In this document: in pieces, positions 52,431-62,537 of the stretch | Position numbering within the stretch: the stretch's first letter is position 1 | Layout of the letters: the number at the start of each line of letters is the position of its first letter | Origin: Macrostomum lignano | Taxonomy: Eukaryota | Length of the DNA stretch: 64,000 nucleotides | Direction: 5' to 3' | NCBI GenBank assembly: GCA_002269645.1 | Contig: NIVC01002134.1 | Span: 102,146-166,145, forward strand | Position numbers and translations under genes: made by a program | The notes under the pieces: model-generated | What the model was told of the DNA's origin: nothing | The model's database searches: none | Seen by the model: the letters and a program-made list of their open reading frames with translations, nothing else

Positions 52431-54819
52431 TCAGCTCCCATCGCCCACCAGACGCAGCACTACAAAGCCGTGCTGGCTGTCCGAGTTGCCTCCGGTCACG
52501 GCTGAGCAGGTGTCACCAGCTGAGCAGAAGGAGCCGCCGCCTCCGCCGGCCTGGCCTCCGCCGAGTCCAGCGCCGCCTCCGCTGAAACCACCGCCGGCAC
52601 CGGCTGCGGGCAGCTCTTTGTCATGGCGGCCACCGCCTCCACCGCCACCAAAGCCGCCGTCACCGTTAGTTCCACCAGCTGCTCTGCCGCCAGTCCAATT
52701 TTCGGAGTTGCTCCCACCAGGCTTGCCATCGTGGTAGTTTTGCCGAAGAGCGACAGCCCTGCCCAGCCAGCCGGCGCCACAGCCGCCGAAGCTCGTAGCA
52801 TTGATGACGGCGCTGCTGTTCAAAGCGAGTCCCGGATTTCCTTCAGCGCCTCCGTAACCACGCAGAGCGGCGTCGTTGTCGGCGCCCGTGGAGTTGCCGC
52901 CGTCGGGTCCGGCCAGTCCTGGATTGCCTGGCGTAAAAGCAGTTTACAAGAGAGAATTGAGACACACTCGACACTTACCGCCTTTACAGATTTACCTTCG
53001 ACCAAATTACTATTACTGTCGTGTCATATCTTAAAGGAGAACCTCAGTACAAAGAGATGTTTTGAGCTGTAAACGTCCCTAACTGTGCACTGAAATTACC
53101 CCGCACTGACTTTGTTGAGTCTACGCCCAGACGGGCAGGAGAAAAAAGCTGTCAGGGCAGGACGCCCATTATCCTTGGTAGTTCGACGAACGGAAAAACT
53201 GTTAATAATGTGTTTAAATGGACTCTCAATTTTTTATAAAACTCTATGGGATAATACTATACTTGCATGTGTGCTGCTGTCTAAACTTCATATTTACAGA
53301 TAAAATAATATTAACATTAACTAATATTATCGTGTTGATAGACGTAGACAATTTTGGTCAATAATACTACTAGGAACATCGTAGGGATTTTTAGCCTAGT
53401 GGTTAGAGCGTCGGACATACGACTGAAGGGTCTGGAGTTCGAACTTCGACCCACTCCTGAGCAAGACACTTAACTCTGCATTGCTTCTCAGTTCACCCAG
53501 CTGTAAAATGGGTGCTGTAAACTGAGGTAATTGAGGGTGTGTGGCGACCACCCAGTCCTTGGCAATAGCTGCGGCTATTGCATCTGGCCCAATATGGCAG
53601 GTGTAATTAATTAATTTAACTGGAAACAAATTATTACAGGAAAATGCAGCAAATATACAATTCGACGATGACTATAAGGTTCTCACCGTCATAGACAAGA
53701 GACGCGCCGCCGCCACCGCCAGCCGCAATCAGCAGCCTGGCAGAGCTCTCATTCACGAACACGAAGCTGCCGCCGCCTCCGCCAGGTGCTCCTATGCTAC
53801 CTGTTGATCTACCAGCCTGTCCCACCGCGATGCTCAGCTGCAGTCCGACCGTCAAATTGAAGATTCCTGACACTTTTGCGCCGTGGCCTTCCAATTTCGA
53901 GCCGCCTCCACAATTCCCACCTCTGGCACCAGCGACTTCAAGGAAGTAAGAGCCTGTCACGTTGATGATGACGCGCTGGATTGAGCCAGATCGGTTAGTG
54001 CCGACGTCTGCAGTGTTTTTGTCGATTTTTTACTCTGTGACTTGTGTGTTAAAGTTTTAGGTTTCAAGTTGAGTCAATCGAATCAAAACTGCTTGACAAG
54101 CGTGCTGAAACTTGAGCTAGTCAGTTATTTTATTAGTTTTCGGAAGGGTTTTCGAGCACTGCCACTGCGAGGAGTCAAGCAGATATGCCCGTTTTGCTAG
54201 CCTCTTGGCACACTGACTGAGCACGCAAGCACACCTCACACAGGTAATACAGCAGTCCTGACTTCTCACCACCGAGAGTTACGAGTGAGCTGCTGAGCCT
54301 ATTAAAAAGTGAGCTATTGATTATCCAAAACCAAAATGAAAATGCATTCTCTCTTGTCTAGCAGGAAAATGTAATGAATAATTTAAGGCTGGGTTGTTCT
54401 AAATGCACTGTGCAGGATTTATCATGGGTGCAGAACTTAAAGCGTAACATAAAAAATGGACTCACTTGAAAACTTAAGCATGAAAAATTTGACCAAGAAG
54501 ATGCTTCTGTCTCGAGCATCTCGAAGCCACACTCTGACGGTCGAGTTGATCATCAACACCGAGTTGCTGCTCCGGTCATTTGCCGACTCGGCCGATTCGT
54601 TGTTGCTGATAACCAGCCGACAAAATCCACGCCGGCTCGAGTTCGGCGCAAAGACGACGGCAGCGCAACCGAGGAGGCGGCAGCGCACCGCGCATTCGGC
54701 TTCCGTCAGCAGGCTTGACACGTTGATGACGGCAGCCGAGAGTTTGGCCTTCGATCGGAGATCAACGGGTCCGTCGTCAGCTTCAGTTAGACTCATGAGG
54801 TGGCAGTGAGAGAATGTCA
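52431..54819 (-). CDS. PAN-like domain plus ALK/LTK-type glycine-rich domain protein B (first exon not located)
   Basis: Exons 54819-54466, 54007-53687 and 52927-52431, all joined in phase 1 and open to TGA. ECAVRCRLLGCAAVVF...FCRL four-Cys PAN-like motif, then IQRVIINVTGSYFLEVAGARGG...AVGQAG...GGGGGSFVF...LLIAAGGGGGA | ...GGCGAGW...GGFGGGGG...AGGGFSGGG...GGGGSFC. Confidence 0.75.
53384..53615 (+). mobile_element. tRNA-derived SINE with CORE-like central domain
   Basis: A box TAGCCTAGTGG (53392-53402), B box GAGTTCGAAC (about 53435-53444), then CCTGAGCAAGACACTTAAC...CTCAGTTCACCCAGCTGTAAAATGGG, which resembles the CORE (MIR-type) domain. Confidence 0.72.
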
Positions 54820-55378
54820 CTGAAACGCAATTATTGTCAGATTTAGCCAAATAAACTGTCAATTATTAACAATTTCCTCTTTCCTCTGTGTACTTTTTTG
54901 CCTGTAGTGTGGCCCCCAATAACATCTACACAATAGATAACTTAGGCCTCTCTATCCGTGTGGCGCACAAAGAGGTCCAGTTTATTACTTTTTTAAATAT
55001 ACAGCCTGGCCCTCGCCTCGGCTCAATCTCTCACTCTCTGTCTCTCTCTTATCTCTCTCCTCCAACTTTTACGACCGCTTACTTGTAAGCTTTCACTGTC
55101 CGCCAATTGCTACGCTCGTAAATTTTGTTTCATTCAATTTCTTTCTTCGCTATTTGTTCTACTACGAGGCTTGCCGTAATTGAACAATTATTATATTTAC
55201 AGACTATTATTGTTCCAAGTGGCCAGTCATGCTTACTGCGTCTCTGCCTGCTGTAATGTATGCGTTACAGCATATCAAAACGCATTTTTTACTTTTTAAA
55301 CAAAAGCATGAGGGAGTTTTCTTTAGATTAAAAACTTCCGTCAGAGTCAATTTAGCTGCGATTATATCAGCTTCATTA

Positions 55379-55978
55379 TGTAGTGAGCCGCTAGTTTATG
55401 GTTAGGCGTCGCCGTTGTCAGCTGTTCCCTCGCCCTCGCCCTAGGTTGCTGTCTGCCGCTGGTCAGCTTCCATCCCCCCTTTTCCGCCTGTGTGTTGCTG
55501 CCCGTCCCCTTTTCCGCCCGGTTGCGTCTCTGTTCTCAGCCCTCAGCCTCTCGGCTGTGGGCTGTCTCTGTTTCGTTTCTGTTTCGTTTCTGTCCCGTTT
55601 TCTCTGTCTTGTGAGCTAGTCACAGGACAGTCCTTGCGTTATTCGAGTCTTAAAGTGCAGTAAACATGTTTACCGCACTCGCTGGCCCTGTTTACCGGGA
55701 GAGTCACATGCTTTCGGACTCCTCCCTTCTCTAAGGAGAGGAGTGACTCATGTTGCTAAAAAAACAACAGAGCCACAGCCATGTGCACTCTGCTGGGGAC
55801 CTTCAAGTGACATCAGTTCTAAAAATAGAACGAGTCACGAGGTCTTCCGGGCGCTAGTACCCTGCCCGAGACCCTCAAGTGATGTCAGTTCTAAAAATGG
55901 AACGAGTCACGAGGTCTTGTGCGTGGGTGTTTCCCGGCTATAAATATAACCCCTCTCCCCCTTGTTTCCGTCAAGGAG
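55379..55978 (+). mobile_element. 3'-truncated LTR of the same family as 15853-16815
   Basis: Starts TGTAGTGAGCCGCTAGTTTA and follows the reverse complement of 16815-16300 up to CCGTCAAGGAG, just past the TATA box. Confidence 0.82.
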
Positions 55979-55989
55979 AAGGGTCGCTT

Positions 55990-56345
55990 TCACAAGCCCA
56001 AAATTTCACAACGTCGCAAGACACAAACTTTCATAAGCTCTAAATTTCATAAACCCTAATTTTCACATCGTCGAAAAGTTGTGCACAGTATTTCATAAGC
56101 TCTAAATTTCACAAGCTCTAAATTTCACAACGTCGAAAACAAAATTTGCATCAGACTGCATAAACTATAAATTTCACAAGCCCTAAATTTCACAAGCCAT
56201 ACTTTTCATAAGACCTAATTTTCACAACGTCGAAAAGTTGTGCACAGAATTTCATAAGCTCTAAATTTCACAAGCTCTAAATTTCATAAGCTCTAAATTT
56301 CACAAGCTCTAAATTTCACAAGCTCTAAATTTCACAACGTCGAAA
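55990..56345. repeat. 16-bp minisatellite
   Basis: AAATTTCACAAGCTCT units interspersed with AATTTCACAACGTCGAAAA. Confidence 0.88.
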
Positions 56346-56351
56346 AACACT

Positions 56352-57635
56352 ATGGAGATACAATCAAGAAAAAGTCCTATCGTAAATTCAGTGAATCTAC
56401 TGGAGATAAACAACCTCGAAGAATTCAGAAATTCCGAAGAACTTCTCAAACGTATTCCCCATTCAAAAGATTCTGAAATAGTTCTGCTGAAAAAGTTCAT
56501 AACACAAGGCTGGCCAGAATACCCTCCCAAACACATGCTTCCATACAGCAAGGATCGATCCGAGTACACAATACAGAACGGAATTGTCTTCAGAGGCATT
56601 CGGATTGTACCACCATCTCAACTGAGGCGCGAAATCCTGCACCTGCTTCATGAAGGACATCCAGGAATCGTGAGGATGATCCGAGTTGCGCGCCAATATT
56701 TCTGGTGGCCTTCAATCGACCTGAGCATCAACAGTTTTGTCCAGAGGTGCCCGATTTGCCAGCTAAACGCCAGGAAAAAGCCCAATGCAAATCTGGCTAG
56801 CTGGTCTGATGCTGAAGAGTTTTTCGAGCGCGTTCACCTGGACATCGCTTTCTACAAGGACTACAAGTTCCTGGTGCTGGTTGACGCTTTTTCGCGCTGG
56901 ATCGACATTCAGACACTTGGATCCATCACGTCTTCTTCGGTTATCAGTGTGTGTCGAAAGACTTTCAAATACGTTGGGTTGCCCAAGTTTCTGGTGACCG
57001 ACAACGGGACCAACTTTCGATCTGAGGAGTTTCAATCATTTCTGAAATCAAACAAAATTCAACAAATCCTCACGCCACCTGGGCACCACCAGTCCAACGG
57101 TCTCGTTGAGCGCATTATTCAAGTTTTTAAGATGGCTCTCAAGTGTTCATCTGGTGAAGTCGATGTGGAACACTCAGTTGCTTCTTTCTGCTTAAGACAA
57201 AACACCACACCTTCTTCAATCGGTGCGATTCCTGCCAGTCAAGTTTTTATAAAAATTCCACGTACCCGTCTATCAGCTACGTGCACAGAACTGCATCAGC
57301 CAGCGGAAGACTCTTCCAAACCAGTCTACATCCGCATCGAGACTAAATCTAGCAAGGCTGGGGAGAAGATCACTTCCAAGTTCGGTTCAAATACATCTAC
57401 TGATAGCCGAAACAGAATGGTGCATCAATCTGACATCAATGCGAGGACGGCCACGGCGGATGAGGAACCACCGGTTCAAACTACCCCGGAGTCTGATGAG
57501 TCTCCTGTTCCTTCCTCCGGTGCGTCAGTACCAATCGTACCCGATTTGCCAAATTCTCATGCAACAGCCAATCCACGGGTTTTTCGACGGAGTACTCGTC
57601 TACGCAAAACACCCGACAGACTGACTTACTACTGA
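56352..57635 (+). CDS. Gypsy-type integrase region of a 5'-truncated LTR retrotransposon
   Basis: LLHEGHPGIVRM...CPIC zinc finger; RVHLD, LVTDNG, SNGLVER (DDE). No RT upstream; the ATG next to the minisatellite is probably not native. Confidence 0.88.
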   Translation: MEIQSRKSPIVNSVNLLEINNLEEFRNSEELLKRIPHSKDSEIVLLKKFITQGWPEYPPKHMLPYSKDRSEYTIQNGIVFRGIRIVPPSQLRREILHLLHEGHPGIVRMIRVARQYFWWPSIDLSINSFVQRCPICQLNARKKPNANLASWSDAEEFFERVHLDIAFYKDYKFLVLVDAFSRWIDIQTLGSITSSSVISVCRKTFKYVGLPKFLVTDNGTNFRSEEFQSFLKSNKIQQILTPPGHHQSNGLVERIIQVFKMALKCSSGEVDVEHSVASFCLRQNTTPSSIGAIPASQVFIKIPRTRLSATCTELHQPAEDSSKPVYIRIETKSSKAGEKITSKFGSNTSTDSRNRMVHQSDINARTATADEEPPVQTTPESDESPVPSSGASVPIVPDLPNSHATANPRVFRRSTRLRKTPDRLTYY

Positions 57636-57708
57636 CTGCTACAAGCGTATCTTATGAACAGATTGACCCAGTAAAACTAACTTCATTGTTTGGAATCTTT
57701 GGTCGGGG

Positions 57709-57911
57709 TGTTGTGTATAAGTGCATGATATTCGAAAATGTTATTTTATGTCTATGGACATTAACACTGTTCAGTTCAGCTCTGAGCAAAGAAGAGCCAA
57801 GGTCCGCGCGTTATTATGGATCAAGAAAAATACACGCGCCTGCATGCCGCATCTTTTTAGCAGCTCCTGCGTTATTAAGTCTCGGTCACTCGAAATGCTA
57901 AACTTATAACA
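57709..57911 (+). repeat. Candidate 3' LTR of the truncated Gypsy element (203 bp)
   Basis: TGTTGTGTATAAG...CTTATAACA inverted termini, preceded by GGTCGGGG (weak PPT), 73 nt after the integrase stop. Confidence 0.6.
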
Positions 57912-58989
57912 GCCCCTTTTTTGGGCCATGGACAATGAAAGGTAAGTCTTCAATAGCTTGATTCTCCCAATATGGATTAAATTGGCTTGGAAAATGTTTT
58001 ATCTGCGGTGGTGGGTTATTTCTTTAAAGAACTGCATAGGAAAAATTTTTAAGTTTGTTACTGCCGTTTTTAGTATATTGAATCATCAAAGGGGAACGTA
58101 CATGTAGATTTTTTTAGAATGGCGTAGTAAATGTGAATGTACATGTACGAACGTATAGATATGTAAGCATTATAACAGAAATTAAAGTCTTTAGAAGTAT
58201 TCCGCAACTAACCATCACGTCGATACAAGTACTTGTACGAGTAAAGATTAGAATTATCTCTTTCCTATGCTCCGTGTGATTTACAAGTTAGAATTGATAA
58301 CGCTCATTCTTTTACACAGTCTTCGGTACATGTATTTATTATACGATGCCTCTGGGACACAATTAGCAGAAAATTGTCATTTCTCGTTCATTTAATTCGG
58401 CCATGGGCATTCCATTAGACGGCCACTTAGCTCAGTTTCCTGTGCAAGTTTCTATGCCAAAGATATGATCTGTCATCATTTGCGTTCCCGTGGTCTATTT
58501 ATCTTTTTTCCTATGTTACGATAATCCTGTTCCTTCATAGATTGACACAAAGATCAATTTTATTGCCAGCGTGAAACGCAATAACCGAAATCTTGTAATA
58601 TGGGCACCATATTTGGTAAATCTTCTGGGTAAATCACTCGTATTAGGTAAAACAGTCGATCAAACATTTTATACATTGGGACTTCCTCATCGCATGATCC
58701 CGCACAGGGATGCAATCATAAAAATATTACCAAAGCAAAAATTTATTGCGCTATTGTTTTCAATGTCTACCCAAACTAGCTCTCGTAAAGCCAAATTAAG
58801 GCACGTTTACAGTTACTAAATTACTATTCATTGCACATTCGTCAAACGAACATATGCGTAGGAATGGGGGAAAGTGGGACCATGCGTCCTCCCCACACTT
58901 TGCCAACAATGGTAACTGGCCCTTCCATAGTTTAAATGCAAAATGTTGACTTTTTTCTCATGTTTTACTCTTATTTCTGGTTTTTGCTG

Positions 58990-59263
58990 CTTTGCAGGAA
59001 TGCATTTTTCTGCAGGACGACAGAACATAGTGCCTGCGGCGCCAAAATGAGTGCCTGCGGCTCTAAAATGAGTGCCTGCGGCGCCAAAATGAGTACCTGT
59101 GGCGCTAAAATGAGTACCTGCGGCACCAAAATGAGGGCTGACACCGATTCTGAAAATAATCGGTACGTACATGATAATGTGCATTTCCTATATAAAAATA
59201 AATAAATCTAACTCGACGGACGGCGTGCGCCCTGTGCGTCCCCCCTCCCTAAATCCGCCACTG
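58990..59263. mobile_element. Partial element with the same 21-bp array but a different right end
   Basis: GCCTGCGGCGCCAAAATGAGT units and GACACCGATTCTGAAAATAAT spacer; ends CCCTAAATCCGCCACTG. Confidence 0.62.
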
Positions 59264-59771
59264 AACCTAGCCCTCAGTTTTTGAAACGTTCCTACGCATA
59301 TGCAAACGAATAATGTACGGATCAACTACTAATATGTACTCGTTAAAATCGAACTGTCAAAAACAATGAACTGCAAGCAAGGAGTCAAGCGATTCAAGCA
59401 GAAATACTTGCATAATTTATGGCGTAGTTAATAAGCAAAAAGTTGAACAGCTCATATAATATTGTCTCGTATTTCGCATGTAAGGCATGTATGCGTTGCA
59501 GTTAATACATGTAACAGTAAACGCTTTCTGCTGAGCTAGGATCGAGTTTTAAACTGACCCTACCGGGATCTTTCACTGGTTGGATTCGATGGCCAAGAGT
59601 TGTCTAATTAGAAACGGTCAGTGGGAAATATTAGCGAAGCAAAACTATAGTACGATATTGCAGTCAAACGTGTTATCCTAGGATTGGTCACATCACAAGC
59701 TCCAAAATCGTTATCAGGTGAATCAGAAGACAGCTAGACTCAATCTTGTCCAATGAGTACAAGAGGTTCTG

Positions 59772-59796
59772 ATTGGACTGCAGCAAAGTATAAAAG
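59772..59796 (+). promoter_or_regulatory. Core promoter of the secreted-peptide gene
   Basis: Inverted CCAAT (ATTGG, 59772-76) and TATAAAAG (59789-96), about 110 nt before ATG 59906; further CCAAT/ATTGG motifs near 59680 and 59750. Confidence 0.6.
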
Positions 59797-59905
59797 AAGA
59801 TGCTAGATTAAAACAAAACGTTTTTATGCTAATATAGAAGTGAGAAAAGCTAATTTTGTGAAATAACAAGCTAATTTCGTGTCTCTTCTGTAATTTTTCT
59901 CAACA

Positions 59906-62537
59906 ATGTTCGTCTTCTTCCCTCTGGAATCGAAGCCCTACCGCTATAGCCGAATGCTGTCAATTTTAATCTGTTTCGGATTCGTCATCGGAATGGTGAA
60001 CAACGTTGAATCATTTCGTCTTTTCGATGATGCGCTGAACATCGCGGATAAGAGAGTTGTCACTGGGGGTGAGGGTAAGTATATTTGATCAAAGTTTTTC
60101 ATCGATTAAAAAACTACAAAGACCAAAAATATTGTAAATGTTTAAGTTGGAACACGAAAATATGCTTCAAAATTCGGCTGATTTCAATCAATTTTGCCAA
60201 AAAAGCGACCTAGTTTGCCCATAGCAAAGAAAACACCACATACATACATAGCAAGATCAAAGAATGGCCCAGCGTGGACCTTATAACAGGATTTCAGCGA
60301 AGGACCGGCAGCGATTGATTCAAAGCATATCAGGATGGAGAGGACTGGCAAGATTTCGGTAGGCTGTTGGGCATCTCACGAAGAACCGTGACTTACATAT
60401 AGTTGGACAATTCAACGCAACCGGTCGTATAGAGTCTCTGCCTCGCGGAGGTGCCAAGCGGAGGTCCTTAACAATGCTATGATTGAGAGCATTTGTGCCT
60501 ACGTCTCCATTATAAACTCGCTGTTTATTGTTCACTGTTACAGTTTATTTCGTCACACTTCCGAAATGATTCTCAATAAAAATTCTTCTTGGCTTGCTAT
60601 GGGCAAACTAGGTCGCAGTTTTGGCAAAATTGATTGCAGTTTTCAAAGAGTTGTCTGTGGCTGAAACTGGTCATGACTGAGCAGACTTGGCCTAGACAGC
60701 AAAATTATAAGTGATATTTTTCCGCAAGCAAAATTGATTGCAGTTTTGGCACACTACGACTCGTATAGATCGCAAAAAGGTATAGTACAATAGCACATCT
60801 TATCTTATTTCGCATCTCTTGTCTCCCGACTCCTCTCGATCTCATCTGGCCAGGTAAAAAAGTTTTTATTACTGCACTGCGCCCTGCTTCCCGAACAAGA
60901 CGCAGACTCTGCGAAACCTACTTTTTTAAAAAGCATAGCTAATTGCAGTTGCACTAAGTACATGGACATTAAAGATTCAGTTTTCTTATAGAATGATAGA
61001 ACCCTATATAGGCATTTCCAGTAAACAGCACCACGCAAAAATTGCGAACTACTTTTTGTTGTTGTTAAAACTCTTTAAACCTCCTGAGTCAGGGACTCCT
61101 TTTACGACCTCTGGGCAAACCAGTCTTGAAAAAACACTGAAAGACGTGTCTGAAAGGCAATAAAATTTTGCTGGATCTATCAATCAAGCAAGTATCGATA
61201 GTTTCAAGTTGATATCCTATATTATCTTGCTAGGCACGCTCAAAGAATCAAATCCTGCAGGCTTAAAAGCTGAGGTAATGCACGATAGCATGATACTCGG
61301 AATCGCCTTTTTGTGTTACACTTACACGACTTTTAATACTTCTGTCACGTGCTGGGAAGGACTTTCGTTTGCTTACACACCATATACCCTCTTTGAAGGA
61401 TATAATATTTCAATATTTCGACTGGAGCCATCAGATCATTGAAGCTCATGAGTTGCCTAAAAGAAACTGCTCGTAAATGTTGAGGTTGAAGCGCCACTTT
61501 TTCAGAGTCACACAAATTTTGAAATTATACTCGTGTTTGGAATAGCTACTTTTCATAATATTCAGATATAGTAGGCAATAGTAAGCATTTTATTAAACTA
61601 TTAAACTTATAGTTTAATATTAAACTATAGTTATTTAGTTATTAGTTAGTTATTAACTTAGTTATTAACTTATAGTTATTAAACTTTATTGAGACGAGCT
61701 GTAGCCAATCGGAGAATTTAATTTATTGAAGTTTTTGCTATGGATCATGGGTTGGCAAACTCCGGCCCGATCCGGCCCTCGGGTCTTTTGAAACTTCAAT
61801 ATGATAGCAATCTGGCCCGATCAATGTTTATATCTCTTGTCAGCGCTCTTCTTTCTAATGTACTCTCTTCCTCTCTCCTCTCTTGTCATCTCTATTATCT
61901 CTCTCATCTACTCTCTTCTCTTCTCTATTATCTCTTTCATCTCCTCTCTCCTCTCTTCTCTTTTCTTTTATCTCTCTCCTCTCTCCTCTCCTCTCGTCTC
62001 GTCTTCCGTCTCCCCTCTCCTCATCTCCTGTCTCCTCTTTTCTCTCTCATTTCTCTTATCCTCTCCTCTCTCTTATTCTCTCTACTCCTCTCTTCTCCTT
62101 TATTTTAATGCCTTTCCCTTCTCTTATCTCCCTTCTCTCTTTTTCATTCCCTCTCTTCTCTTCCCTCCTAGGGCCCGCGGTCAATATCTATGTTCTCTAT
62201 CAGGCCATTAAGGTAAAATAGTCTGCCGACCACTGCTACAGATGCATGATGGCCTACATGTATGTACGTGTAAATAGCATAAAAGTCTATCATAAAATTA
62301 ACTCTTAAATAATCATTATTGTCTCAACGTTTCTCAATGTTACACTGAAGTATCTCAAACAATTGCCCACTTATCCGTGTTCCACCCGCAGATCCACTTC
62401 GATCGGCTCGTTTAAACGCAATTTGCTCAAACTTGTGCCGAAAAATATTCCGAACGGGTAGTGCATTCTGCAGCGGTCTGTTTACTGTTGCCTTGGGCTA
62501 CCCGGACTGCGTTTGCAATCAAAGCTGTCAGGCTTAA
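59906..62537 (+). CDS. Small secreted cysteine-rich prepropeptide, defensin/CS-alpha-beta-like (104 aa from 59906, 88 aa from Met 59954)
   Basis: Exon 1 59906-60074 (G|GTAAGT donor) and exon 2 62392-62537 (pyrimidine-rich CCACCCGCAG acceptor), phase 1, in frame. Product MLSILICFGFVIGMVNNVES-FRLFDDALNIADKR-VVTGGEDPLRSAR-LNAICSNLCRKIFRTGSAFCSGLFTVALGYPDCVCNQSCQA*. Confidence 0.7.
60264..60560 (+). pseudogene. Decayed Tc1/IS630-like transposase N-terminal HTH fragment
   Basis: With frameshifts it reads MAQRGPYNRISAKDRQRLIQAYQDGEDWQDFGRLLGISRRTVTYIVGQFNATGRIESLPRGG; several indels; no TIRs found. Confidence 0.55.
61746..62235. mobile_element. hAT-like MITE with internal CT-rich tract
   Basis: Ends CATGGGTTGGCAAAC and GTCTGCCGACCACTG; GGCCCG subterminal motifs; 8-bp flanks CTATGGAT / CTACAGAT (6 of 8 match). 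Confidence 0.62.

Noticed and set aside
60040-60074. KR-VVTGG as a trypsin activation site (R-IVGG)
   Set aside because: The match is poor, and no protease exons (His/Asp/Ser motifs) were found downstream in the window.
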